Assembly (NCBI RefSeq): GCF_009834535.1 | Contig: NC_045714.1 | Coordinates: 2,604,001-2,668,000, forward strand | Source of the DNA: Camelus ferus | Lineage: Eukaryota | Length of the DNA stretch: 64,000 nucleotides | Reading direction: 5' to 3' | Part shown: in pieces, positions 13,396 to 25,700 of the stretch | How the letters are laid out: every line of letters begins with the position of its first letter | How positions within the stretch are numbered: position 1 is the first letter of the stretch | Notes under the pieces: generated by a model | What the model was told of the DNA's origin: nothing | Database searches by the model: none | What the model saw: the letters and a program-made list of their open reading frames with translations, nothing else | Made by a program: the position numbers and the translations under genes

Positions 13396-13699
13396 TAAAA
13401 GTATACAGCAGTGTTCTCATGCGGTTGTCCTTCCACTTGTCACCTGGAACCTGTTAGAAATGTAAATTCTGGGCCCCAACAAGCTCTCCATTTGATTCTG
13501 ACCCTCTCTCAAACCAAAACTCACCTGGCTGGAAGATGTCTGAGACACGCAGAGCTCAGAACCTGACACTAAGTTCGTTCTGATAAATGCTGGCCAGGGT
13601 GGATGTACATTTGCCTGCCTTAGGAAGCCTCTCCATGTGGTCTGTGATCATGGTGTTTGGTTCCCCATATGGTCACATGGCCTACCTTGGACACAACCT

Positions 13700-13975
13700 A
13701 CACCGTATTTCACAACCAATACAGAGTGTTCCCTGGAATTAACCCCTGGGAGAAAGTAAAATGATTTTACTGCTAGGTTGCTCAAAGAGGAGAGAGGCAG
13801 TCTGGGCTGCTGTGGAGAAACAGCTGCAGATGGAAGAAAGCCAAGCAGAGACAAATAGCGGAGAGATGACTATTTGAGCCCGTGGCCTCTAGTTCATTCC
13901 TTGGCTTCCCAGTATCATGAACCAACAAAGCTTTTTTGGTTTAAGTCAGTTCGATGTAGGTTTCTGAAACTAGTG
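13700..13975. mobile_element. Probable degenerate MLT1 LTR fragment
   Basis: Ends with CCCAGTATCATGAACCAACAAAG..TTTGGTTTAAGTCAGTT..GTAGGTTTCTG, typical of MLT1 3' ends. Confidence 0.4.
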
Positions 13976-15124
13976 CAGTAAGTATTAGAGGGTGTGATTA
14001 TTATTATTTCCATTCACTCTATGCAATTGCTGACTACCTGCAAGGTAATGACCGTGCATTTGGGGCTGGGGAGAAAGGGAAAAGGCCACAGTCCTGTCCT
14101 CAAGGAGGATGAAGTTTAGGGAGTAAACAAGCATGTGAACAGAGTAGAATAAGGGCTGTACAGAGTAGTGGTTAAGAGATCAGACCAGGTAGGCAGAACG
14201 ACTGTTAGAATCCCCCCTCTACCCCCATATATACACTTGGGCACTTAGATTTAACTTCTGTAAAATGGAAATATTGATAGTGACCTCATAGGATAGATGA
14301 AGGACCTTAGAAGAGTGCCTGGCACGTAGTAAGCACTCAATAAATTTTGGGTGATAGGCTCACATGTTGCTAGGAAAGCTCAGAGGTGGGGCACCTAGTG
14401 AAGACTAGGAGGGTCAAGGAAGGCTCCAGGGACAAGGGGATTGGGTGGTGAGGGAGGTAACTGGCAGTTAATGAAGCCTTGAGCAGGAGAGTGACATGAT
14501 CAGATTCAGTTTTCAAAAGAACATTCTGGCTGCCACCTTGTCTAGGGAGTGGATGGCTGGGAGGAGGTTCTCAGCACCTTGGTAAGCTGTGGTGATGGCC
14601 TGAGTTATGACACTGAGTGGACTTGGAGAGGAGGGGTGAAGTAAGGAGACAAAGGAGAAGGCATAGTAAGGAAATTCAAGGTACAAAACAAGCTCCAGAA
14701 GTCGTGACTTGGGTCGCATCCCTGAGATAGGGGACGCGGGAGAGCAAGATGGGGCAGGATCTGTTTAGGGCAGGACCGGTTTGAAGTTCTCAGGATGCCC
14801 GGGTAGAACCATCAACAGATAGGTGGTACCACAGTTAAGAGCCCTGATCCTGTTTCCACCACACAGCGATATCATCTAGGTTGTTATCTGTATGGCTGGG
14901 TACCTCACCCCACTCTGCCCTCTTTCCTCAACTGTAAAATGGGAAAAAGAGCATCTGCCTCTGGGGTTGTGTGGATAAATGAGGCGATGCTGGCACAGCA
15001 CTGCTCCTGGCTGGAAGTACAATCTGGGAAATGTGAGTGAGACAGAAAGGGGAGAAGAGCACATGGAGCTGGAGAGGGAGGGCTGCAGCGATGAATAAGA
15101 GTTCAGTGTTTCAAGATGATAATG

Positions 15125-15330
15125 ATATGACTAATAGCATTTATTATACGCTCACTCCGTGCCAGGTTCTGTTCTAAGCACTTTGCACACATTAACTCGT
15201 TTTCACAACCCTGTGAGGTAAGTACGGTCATTGTCCGCATTTTACAGATTAGGAAAGGAAGCAGAGAGCGGTTTGTCACCAGCACTGAGGATTCAGTCTC
15301 AGCCTGACTAAAGCTCAACTGCCACTGCAC
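15125..15330 (-). mobile_element. MIR SINE
   Basis: GTGCCAGGTTCTGTTCTAAGCACTTTGCACACATTAACTC..ACAACCCTGTGAGGTAAGTAC..CCGCATTTTACAGAT. Confidence 0.7.
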
Positions 15331-15689
15331 TTAATTAGTTTTGACCCAACACCTGCTATAACCGAGTTGTGTATAAAAGGGCTGTGGGTGCCAGAGGGCA
15401 GCCAGTCAGGGCAAGGATCAGGGAGGAGATGCTGGTACCTGATCTGGGTCTTGGTAACTTGGAGATGGCATCTGAGCTGGGTAGAAGGATTTGCCAGACT
15501 TTAAAAGGAAGAACGGCATTCCAAGGAGGGGGGAACAGAATGTGCAAAGGCCCAAGGGCTTAAAAGGGCACCTTAGCTCCATAGCAAGAAGGAGGTCATT
15601 TGCCCAGGGAGGCTGGAGCCTCTCAAGGGGAGAGGCGGCTGTGGGAAGGCGGGGAAGGAATCTGGAATTGATTCTAGAAGCAAGGGGAA

Positions 15690-16720
15690 GCCTTGAAGCG
15701 TCAGGCGCCACCCAACCCCCGGCTGAGCTGCTCACTCCCAGCGCCAGCAGCCGAGTGCGTGGAGCGCCGCCTCGAGCTCCTATGACCCAATGCTTTGGGT
15801 CGTCTCTCCTTGTAACCTCGAGGGCGCTCCGGTGGCTCCGTCCCAGGTGGCGCGCTGGATGGTGCCCAGCCAGGCGGATCCCGACCCCCATTTCCCAGGT
15901 CCGCCCCTCACTCAGGCCACGCGCTTTGCAATGTTTGCTTTTATTCCTTCTAGACACAGACCCAGAAGGGGCCGCGCCTCCCTCCCGGGGCGGAGAATGG
16001 GACCCGGAGGGGGTGGCACCGCTCGCGTCCGAGGGGCGCGCGGTGCCGGCGGAGGCGAGGGCCGACTTCTTACTGCACGCCCTCCATCATCTTCAGGAAC
16101 TCTGCGGGGAAGGAGGGGGAGAGGTGGTCACGGGTGCCCTCGGGACGAGAGAGACCTGCCCGGGCTCCCGGCCAGCGGAGGGGGTGCCTGGTCATTAGTG
16201 GATAAATTAAATTGCACCAAACCGCGGGGAGCTCCCTATCCGTCACCGGTGGGTGGGGAGGAACTTGGCCCCGCCCCTCATCGCCCCGCCCACAAGGCTG
16301 AGGAAGCCCAGCTGCACACCCTGGACCCTTCGGCGTGGCTCGGTCCCCCACTCCCTGCGCTCCCGCGGCCCTCACCATCGAAGTCAATGCGGCCATCATT
16401 GTTCTTGTCGCCGTCTTTCATCAGGGATTCGAGCTCCTCGTCCGTCACGTGCTCGCCAGAGGCCCGGAAAATCTCAGCCAGTTCCTCAGCATCGATGTAG
16501 CCGTCTGCGTTCCTGTGGGGGGAGACACAGGGCGGGGCTCAGAACAGGGGAGCTGCCCGGGCCAAGCCTGACGCCCCTTCCTGCACCCCCACCCTGAGAA
16601 CCTTCGTGCCCTGCGGGCCAGATTCGGGCTGCTCAGCGCCTTGCTCGGCTCCCAGGCCCCCAAAGCACCTGTCGAAGATGCGGAAACACTCAGCCAGCTC
16701 CTCCTCACTCTTCCCCTTGG
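15690..16720. other. CpG island over the 3' end of TNNC2
   Basis: Dense CpG and very high GC across exons 4-6 and downstream; boundaries approximate. Confidence 0.6.
15940..15945 (-). terminator. Polyadenylation signal of TNNC2
   Basis: TTTATT on + (AATAAA on -), about 125 nt past the stop codon. Confidence 0.75.
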
Positions 16721-18628
16721 CGTCCTCTTTCATCTGGCGCACCATCATGACCAAGAACTCCTCGAAGTCGATGGTGCCGCTGCCTGAGGGAAGCAGGTGG
16801 TGAGTGAGCCTGGACCCTGGCTGCCAGCCTCTCCCCACCACCATCGCATCCTTGTCTCCGAGGGCCACCCGCNNNNNNNNNNNNNNNNNNNNNNNNNNNN
16901 NNNNNNNNNNNNNNNNNNNNNNNNNNNNNNNNNNNNNNNNNNNNNNNNNNNNNNNNNNNNNNNNNNNNNNNNNNNNNNNNNNNNNNNNNNNNNNNNNNNN
17001 NNNNNNNNNNNNNNNNNNNNCTGCCCGGGGAAGGAAGGCAGAGGGCTAGGGTGAGCCTGGCTAGACTGTCAGCCTCACATCTACCCTCCCATCCTGCCCA
17101 GAAACCAAACATTCCCCAGCACACGTCCACCCAGCAGCAAGCCTGCCCACCCCACTCACCAGCGATCATCTCCTCGCTGAGGTAGGACCGGGCCTCAGCC
17201 TGCTGGTCCGTCTGCAGAAAACATGCACAGTCAGAGAGCCAAAGGTGTAGCCCCTGGAGCACATTCCTGCCTTAAACCCACACTATTCTGCACCCCCACT
17301 TCTGTAAGTACCCCTTGGTCCTCCAGAGGAACAGCTCCAAACCTGCACACCCTCTGCATTCTCCCACGGCAGCCAACCCCAGTTTTAAAGAACTAGGGGT
17401 TATGCCAAGACTCCCTCTCTTGTCAATAAGAGGTCAAGTCAGGAACCCCGTCCAGGAACCTTGGGCAAGTTACTCAATGTACCCTCACCCACTCATCTCT
17501 TCTCAGCAGCTTTTCAGGGATGAGATGAAATCAGAAGTGTGAGAAGGCTTTGGAAAGAGCCAGCACCATCCCAGTGTGATTTTCTAGTTTGCCCCACCTC
17601 CTCACAGTGCCTGGGACTTTAATAGGTGCTCGATAAATGTTTGTTGTCAAATAAATAATAATGCAACACAAAGTCATGGAGCCCCTCCTGAGGGTCAGGC
17701 ACTGGGAGCCCCAAGAAGAGTCAGACACATCATCCCCCCATCTGAGAACTTGCAGAGATGGAGATTTTAAGCTTCCTTCTTATGATTCAGTCATGGGAGT
17801 CAGTACCACTCATGCTGGGCAGGATGTGATGGGGGCCTTGTGAGAGCGACAATAAGATGGCAATAGGGAGTTCTGGTCACATCCTAGCCAAGCCAGCTAG
17901 CCAGGGGGCTTTGGACTGAGGCTGGCGGCAGTGAGGAAGGGCTGAGGCATCCGAGGAGTTCTTCAGCTGGCTGGCTGCTGGCCCTCCGGCCTGTTTCCCT
18001 CCTCCTCCCCTCCCCGCCTCCCCTCCTCCTTGCTTATGCCAGAAGGGCAGGCTATTTTTAGTTAGGAATGGGCAACAGCAGCTGTCCTCCAGGGTCTAGT
18101 TACTCCTTGAAGTGAAGTGGGGAGGGCAATCTCAAGAAAAGGACAGCCTCAAATCACAACCCCTCTCCGGGAGGCTGAAGTCTCTCTAACTCGAGTCTGT
18201 CATCTTCTGCCCCTTCTCAATCCCCTTGGAGCTCTTGGGGTCCTGTGCCTGAGCTGGTTCGAGGCCCTGCAGATCTCCCATCTTCCAGAGGAGTTCTCCT
18301 CTCACTGGCTTGCTGGGTGACTCCCTCTGGCCCTCAGGGTCCCCATCTCCACCATGGACACAAACTAAGACATTGCTAGAAGCCTTAGAAAGTCCCAGGG
18401 AGTCGGCAAGGCTTGAGGATGTCTCTGGGAGTCCCAGCCCTCCCCTTCCAAGACAAGTCCGAGGCCTTCTTCCCAGCCTTCCTCCCAGGCACCTGGGTTC
18501 CAGGAACCTTCATATTACATCTTCAGACATCCAGGTTATTGGCCCATGGAGCACCCAGGTCTGGCCTGAAAGAGGCCCAGAGGTGCTCGAGGGAATGGAG
18601 GGATGAAGTCCCTTCTTGTCCTTACCAT
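16070..18628 (-). CDS. TNNC2: Troponin C, fast skeletal muscle, 160 aa; exons 18626-18628 (ATG only), 17160-17211, ~16877-17020 (in N-run), 16669-16783, 16376-16512, 16070-16101
   Basis: [18 protein letters not shown]-[masked exon][93 protein letters not shown]. EF-hand loops present. ATG-only first coding exon accATG|gtaagg. Total 483 nt with a 144-nt exon 3. Confidence 0.96.
16873..17020. other. N-run, 148 nt, hides all of TNNC2 exon 3
   Basis: Run of N abutting the exon-3 acceptor (CTG 17021-17023). Confidence 0.99.
17964..18084. promoter_or_regulatory. Muscle enhancer-like module in TNNC2 intron 1
   Basis: Perfect MEF2 site CTATTTTTAG 18052-18061 (CTAAAAATAG on -), CAGCTG E-boxes 17964 and 18079, C-rich Sp/KLF-type tract 17997-18030. 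Confidence 0.65.
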
Positions 18629-19876
18629 GGTTGCTTGTCACCCGGACTCCTCCGCTGCAGGTCACCTCTTCTGCACTCCACCACCCAAAGATACCCTGGC
18701 CTGCTCTAGCCCCTAGGATTTGTAGGGGCACCCTCTCCTCCCACCTCCCTGCTCCCCAGGACTCGATGCTCTGGCCAATCAGATCCTGGGGTCAGCGAGC
18801 CTCCCCCTCCCAGAGTCCTAGCCCATTACCTAATTTAGCCAAGGGCCCTTGCAGAGAAATTTAAGCCTCCGAGCAGGTGGCAGGACTTGACATCTTAGAT
18901 TCTTGGGGGGAGAACCCGCCCTGCTCTGATGCCTTCATGACACCCCCCCACCACCACCAAGAAGCACACTTGATCCAAGATGGGTAATGACAATCAGAAT
19001 AGAGAAAAGTGAGACAGCATGGGGGAATGGAAGAGCACAGGCCTCGAAAACCCAAGATCCAAGTCCTGTCTCTATAAGCTGTGCAATCTTGGGCAGGTGG
19101 TGATGCCACTCTGAGCTTCAGTGTCCTTATCTGTGAAATGGGGCCAGTCACAACCTCCTTCACAGAGAAACTGTGGTAAAGAAGAGCCCAGGTATAAGTC
19201 ACCTAGCTTGTGCCAGCTCCATAGGGCTGGTGCTTGGTAAGTGGGATGTCCTGTCTTTCAACCATGGTAAGGAGCCAGGGACAGGAGGCAGGGAAAGTGA
19301 CAGTCACAGGTATCGAACCTCGGCAACGTGCCACAGACTGTGCTAAGCATTTTAACGACATGCTCTCCTCCAGTCCTCATCCTGTGAGGTAGCAATTATT
19401 ATAACTATTCCCTTTTTACTGGGGAGCCTTGTAAAACATAAAGATCTATCGTCATGCTGGTGATTCTTATTAACCCTAACTGAGAGGTCCAGGAAATGAG
19501 GTGTGCCCTTGGAGTAGAAATAAACATTGAAAGCAGATTCTTCCCTCAAGCTGACTTCTGTACGGAAAGAGCTATCGGGAGTCACTTTTTTGGTGGGGAA
19601 GAGGGGCAGGGGAAGGTTCTCTAGGTGAAGGGGCAGGTGGCCCGTTGCTAGAGCTGGCTGGAGAAGTCTGGAGGAGCTCAGCTGGCCATCTGGAGAGTGA
19701 AGGGGTGGGCAGATCGAGTCAAGTCCAAAGGGATCCCGCCTTGCGAGTTCACAGGGTCCACGCTAGGTGCTGGGGGATGGGGACATTCATGGACAGTATC
19801 TGAAGTCAACAGGAGCACTGAGATGGCTGAATACAGGGTCCGGGGCCAGTGAAAGGGGGCTGGACACCAAGGGAAG

Positions 19877-19921
19877 CAGATGGACAGTGGCAGCTGGGCT
19901 GCCCTCTTCCCCTATATATAA
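19877..19921. promoter_or_regulatory. Upstream muscle element about 1.2 kb 5' of TNNC2
   Basis: E-boxes CAGATG 19877 and CAGCTG 19891; MEF2-consensus CTATATATAA 19912-19921. Confidence 0.45.
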
Positions 19922-21281
19922 ATATTCCCAAGGAAAGCTCAGTGGAGCCAGGCCAGGCTAAATAAGGCCTCCCCCAGCCAGGCAGAGGGCCAAAGGGCAG
20001 TGCCACCCAGGGGATTCCAATTTGGACACAAACATTGGAACCGCTTGATCTCTTTGGAGCAGAAAGTGTAGAACGCTCAGCAGTCCTTTGTTCATTAATC
20101 TGTTCTGTCATTTATTCAGGGAACTAGATAAGGTCCAAACTCAGCGTGGCCACGCCAGGTCCCACTGACCCTTCCATTCTCATCTCCCTTCCTTCTCTAC
20201 CTCGTGTGCCGCTTTGCTCTATTCAGACTAAAATACAGCTCTAAGCATCTGCCTTTACACCCCTCAGGCCCTTGCACATGCTGGGTTTTTTTTTTTTTCC
20301 CCTGCCAGGAACCCCCATCTTCCCCCTCTTCACCTGCCTACTTCCCTATGGTCTTTCTCACCTTTAACATCCCTTCCTCCAGGATCCCTCCTCCCCTAGT
20401 CCCAGTCCAAGGTGGCCTCCTGTAGTCACCCCAGTCATAGCACTGGGCATGCCACTGGGTCATGCCCTGTGCTAAGTTCCACAGGCCAGAGACTGTTACC
20501 TGCCCATCAGTACATTTCCACACACCCAGCACTTGGCACTTAGCAAGTGTTCAATAAACCTGATGTTCTTGGTAAGAGTAACAGAACTGAATGGCATCCG
20601 GTTCAATAGAAGAAGGAAATTCCTCAGAGTGGTGGATGAATAATCTTCAGAATGGGCCGCTTCAGGAGGTAATGAGCTTCCTGTAACTGAATATATGCAA
20701 AAAGAAATTTGATGACCATCTCTCAGGGAGGCTGGGGGTAGATATCCGTACAGAGTCTAAGAGGAGTGGAGAATACAAGATATCAAGAGATCTCCTAGTT
20801 CTGGCCCTGTGTGTATGACCCAGGGTCAGCCCCTTCCCTCCACTGAGCCTTAGACCATCTGTAAAGTGGAGGTGCTGGACCAGATTTCTGGACCCTCCTC
20901 CAGACCCTCGTGGCTCTGACGACTCAGGGTTTTGTAAACACTTTCTTGGTACCCAGACTTGTGAGGCATTTGCCAAAGTACAAGTTGATATTTAGCCAAG
21001 GTCTGGTGAATGGGTGCATGCTGAGTGAATGAACAAATGAAGCACGTCTTTGTTTTTTTTGCCCCAACGCCCTGCTGGGAAGGTGAATGAAGCGTTGTTA
21101 AGGCTTTGAAATGGCACAGCCTAAGCCTCAAATCCAAGCTCCCCTATTTCCTAGCTGTGGGTCTTGGGAAAGTCAATTTGCCTCAATTTCTTCATCTTGA
21201 AAATGGATGATTATTGTCCACAGACAGCCTCCTCCCCAGGATGTTCTGAGGGTAAGACATGACCCCATGTAAAGGACCAAA

Positions 21282-21405
21282 GGGAAGAGTAACAGTTCAG
21301 TGGTAAAACGCGTGCTGAGCATTCACGAGGTCCTGGGTTCAATTCCCAGTACCTCCATTTAAAATTTTTTAAAATAAATTAATTAACTACAAAAAATAAA
21401 TTAAA
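21282..21405 (+). mobile_element. tRNA-derived SINE, camelid type
   Basis: A-box-like CAGTTCAGTGGT; core GAGGTCCTGGGTTCAATTCCCAGTACCTCCA; AT-rich tail. Confidence 0.8.
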
Positions 21406-22709
21406 TGTCTAGAACAGGATAGAGGACACAGTGGAACCTCAAGTAATGAGAGTTCAGCTCCTTCTGCACAGAGGGAGGGCAGGGAGTGTGTGTTCCATTC
21501 AAAGCTATTCTCTCACCCCTCTCTCCTGTGCCGTTTAAACAGGGTAGGAGCTACCAACAGAGATATTTCGCTTCTTTGGTTGTATAACTAGCAACATCTG
21601 CCCTAGTAGGGACTAATATCTAGGCCTTCTGACAGGAAGTGACAATTAATTCTTGACCTTCTGCTGCTCTCTGGATAAAAGATAAAAACAGCACACTGAG
21701 AAGTGGCAGAAATTACCAGGGCTGCAGCGTGAGAAAAGAACATGGTGCAATTCCGGAGACCTGGGTTGCAAGGCCCAACACTCTGAATCCTCTGGCAAGC
21801 TGTGTGACTTTGGGCAAGTCACCCAACCTCTCTGGGTCTCAGTTTCCCCATTTGCCTCCTTCCTATATGTGAGGCTCAGATGAGATTTGTAAAAGCCTGT
21901 GAACACTGTAGAAACAATAATCATTGTGTAACTGATCGTTCTGTCAGCCCTTGCTCTGTGCCGGGCACTGGACAGAAGAGCTGCAAAAATAGTATTAGTA
22001 TTAATTATTCTTGTTTTACATATGAGAAAAACTAGGATCAACAAGGTCAGAGGTTAGATTCCATCTCAGATCACGTGGCTTCTCTTGGCCTTGGTTTCCT
22101 CAACAGAGAGACGGGCTTCCTACTGTTGTTGGTTGCATAAGGACTTTGAAAAGTTGAAGAGTGAGGGGTGGAAATTTGGAGACTGGTTGGGGCCAGGCTG
22201 GGTCTCCCAGAGGGGCGGGAGGAGTTAAGAAGGGTGTGAGCTCCTCCAGATTGGGCAAGATCCCGCAGGAGGCCTAGGGTCACCCGGGCCTACCCAGGAT
22301 TCCCAAATCCCTCCTGGAGCAAAGGGCCCGGGATTCCCGGGCGGCTCCGGGAGCGGGCGGGGCTGGAGGCGGGGCGGCGGCAGGAAGGGGGCGGTGGCAG
22401 GAAGGGGCCGGAGCGGCGCTCAGAGAGGCTTGGGCCCGGCGGAGTCCGGTCAGGCTCGCTCAGCCGCCCGGGGCTGCACGGGGGCCCGCCGGGGCCCCGG
22501 CGTGCTGCGCCGGACGCGGGAGGGGAGGCGCGCCAGGGGGCGAAAGAGAGCTGAGCAGAGCAGCAGGACCCCCGGCGGGCAGGGGCGGGGCCTCCGAGTT
22601 GCCCCTCCCTCCCTATCTGGGCCACGCCCCGCCTCCTCCCCGCGCGGGGCCGGGGTCAGCCTCCCGCCCTGGCCCGGGACCTAGCGTTGCACGCTCCCCC
22701 TAGGGTGCC

Positions 22710-25700
22710 ATGGCCTCACGGCTTCTGCACCGGCTGCGACACGCTCTGGCCGGCGACGGCCCCGGGGAGGCGCCGACCGGCCCCGAAGCCGAGCAGTTCC
22801 CGGAGAGCTCGGAACTGGAGGATGACGACGCCGAGGGCCTGTCGTCCCGCCTCAGCGGCACCCTGAGCTTCACCAGCGCCGAGGACGAGGACGACGAGGA
22901 CGACGAGGACGACGACGAGGCTGGCCCTGACCCGTTGCACCCCCGGGACCAGGCTGCGGGAGAAGACGCAGGCGAGTGCGGGAGGATGGAGGCGGGAACC
23001 CTGGTGCTCGATTAGGCCTCCGCCCCGGCCGCGTTCCCGAGTTGATCCAGCTGAAACTCGCACTTTTTTAAGTGCCCCAGCTACTTCTTGGCTGTGTGAC
23101 CTTGAGAGAGTCACAACACCTCTCTGGGCCAAGTTCGCTTTTGTCAAATAGGGAAAATCACTCCCATATCAGGGTTGTTTAGGGCATTAAATGTACAGGG
23201 TCTGGGAAACAAACGGTAGTAATGGTATTGGCAGCTATGTTTTAGGGGTGGAGATACTTGTTTAACGCCTACTGTCTGTCAGGCAGGTGCTTGGCACCCG
23301 GCCCCTCTCTGGCTCTCCGTTTCCTTTTATATCAAATGGGGATAAAGCCTTTATCACCTGTTGGGAGGATGACTGAGGTCATGGCACGTAATTTATTTCG
23401 AACCTGGCTCCAGGCCCATCCTGTGCTCATGCAGAACGGAGTCCCCCACCTGATGGGCAGCGAGGCAGTCAGCCCCTGGCGCGGCAGTTGCAAGATTTCT
23501 GGAAGAAGTCCCGGAACACCCTGGTACCCCAGCGGCTGCTCTTCGAGGTGACCAGCGCCAACGTGGTCAAGGACCCGCCCTCCAAGTACGTGGTGAGTGA
23601 GGGTCCAGGAACCCCTGGACTGAGTGAAGAAGTCTGGCTAAGAGAAAGCAGGGAAAACTCCAGCTTCCTGGGGGATCTGGCTGTGTAGTGAGAAATGGCT
23701 ACCCCATTTTAGATGGGGAAACTGAGGCCAGACAGGGGATGTATCTTGAGCAAGTCCTCAGGCAAATGACTTAGCTTTTTTGAGGGATTATGGACCTGCC
23801 TCCTAGCCTGACTTTGAGTCTAAGAACTGATATATGTGTCCCCTGTCCCCTGAGTGTTTTCAAATTGTAGCAAGATGCAACATACACAGGGAAGAATATT
23901 ATCCAAGTCAGATTTGAGACCCAAGTTGCATTGGTTAGTGGATAGAAAAATGGGTTTTGGAGCTTGATTCAGATCCTAGTTATTACCAGTTGTTTGACTT
24001 TGGGTGAGCTGTGAAACCTTGATGACCCTGTTTCCTCATCAGAGCAATGGGGATAATGCCGGGGATTGTTGCAGGAACTACAGGAGACGGTACACAGAAA
24101 GCTGTTAGCATTGTGCCTGGCATTATGAAGTGTTCCATAAAATGGCAGTTCTTTTATTATTACTTAAGTTTGGGTAGAACATGTCTGGCATCTAGGGCCT
24201 GTTGTGGCCCTTTTACAACCCAGGGGAGTCAGTTCTCCAGCACCCACAGCTGTACAGAATAAGCTTGTCCTAAGGATGGGGTTTAGGGGGTTGGTGGGGT
24301 TGGGGTGAAGAGCAGTGTTGGGGAGGCCCTGTTTTCCTCGCTGTGGAAAGGAGACACTGACGTGGAGAATGTGCTTAGCCTCCCTGAAACCCAGCCTAAC
24401 TGGCTGGCCGTGGCAATGGCGGCTCCCTGCCTCTCACTTCCCTCCTCTTCACTACCCTCCTCCATTTCTGACTCAGCAGGAGGGGGGCCTGGAGCCCTGT
24501 CCCACATCTGGGCCTCTCCACCCATCTTGGAGACTCTTAGTAAAAAAAAAGGCCACGCCCCTGGGGTGAGTGCTCAAATTCCAGCAGGCGTTGACTCTGA
24601 TGATCAAGTCTTAAGTGGCAAAAGTCCTGATAGGGGAGCGGTGGGGGGTCATGCACAGGAAGGGGGCACCAAGGATCAGGTACATAGGAGAAGCTGAGAG
24701 GCAAGGAAGTAGTGGGGGGGTAACTCTGGGAAGAGAATGACAAGACAGCCAAGTATGGCCTGGCCCATGTCTGGGGAAATGAATCACCTTTGTTCAATGA
24801 GGACCCTAAATCCTGATTTAAAATCCCTTGAGGGTTAAGAGCAGAGGCTTTGGAATTAGGTCGGCCTGGGTTTGAATCCCAGCTGGGCTTTGTGACTTAG
24901 GGGAAGTCTTTGAGCCCTTTGCCTCCTCTTGGAGCCTACTTCCTCAGCTGTCAAACAGATGAGGACACCTCCCTTGCAGTGCTGTTGTGAGGATGAAGTA
25001 GTAGATGTGAAGTGCCTGGCACAGCACGTGGCACAAGGTAGGTGTGACTCTCACATCTACCTTAATTAATTAAGTTAGTGGAGCAACTCCCTCTTGTTAC
25101 TACCTATCTCAGTGGGACATTAGAAGGACGAGATGAGTTAATGGATATAAAATGGGTTTTTGTCTAAAAATAAAAGCTAGATGAGCACAAGGGGTCACTA
25201 CAGACCAGTGCGTCTGGTTCCCTGGAATATTTAATAACTGTTCCTTAAAAAAACAAATGAACAAAAAACACAAGGTTTTGCAGTAAATATGTAGTATGTT
25301 TGGGGAATGCAGAGTCGAATGAGAGTAAAATAAGTTTCTTTATTGTTAAACTTTCTAACCCTGAATATTAACGTACACGGTGAATCTTCAAGAGAAGGAT
25401 TCAGCGGGCAAACCTAGTTGACCACGGGTGGCCAGGATATTGGCAGTTTCACAGAACAAATTCAAGAGAAAAATCTGGGTTTGGTGTCAGTAATGCTTTA
25501 TAGATTAATCCATATTTGGGTTCTCACACCTAGGGGTAGGCTTCGTGGTCATCTTGTCCAGTATCGCTTTCCCAATTCTCGTCCTATCTAAATGCTACTT
25601 GGACCATTCTTTGCTTCACATTTGTCTTCAAATCAACCTATTTTTTTAAATTATCTTAAAAGACAACTTTATAGCACAACTGTATGGGGAAAGCCTCCCT

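Noticed and set aside
13821-13832. Adjacent E-boxes CAGCTG-CAGATG downstream of TNNC2
   Set aside because: Inside a probable MLT1 LTR fragment with no MEF2 or other muscle site nearby; insufficient support for an enhancer.
15418-16597. Several 110-236 aa ORFs on both strands around the TNNC2 3' end
   Set aside because: They lie in a CpG island where stop codons are rare; the translations are Arg/Gly/Pro-rich with no family match and overlap true TNNC2 exons out of frame or antisense.
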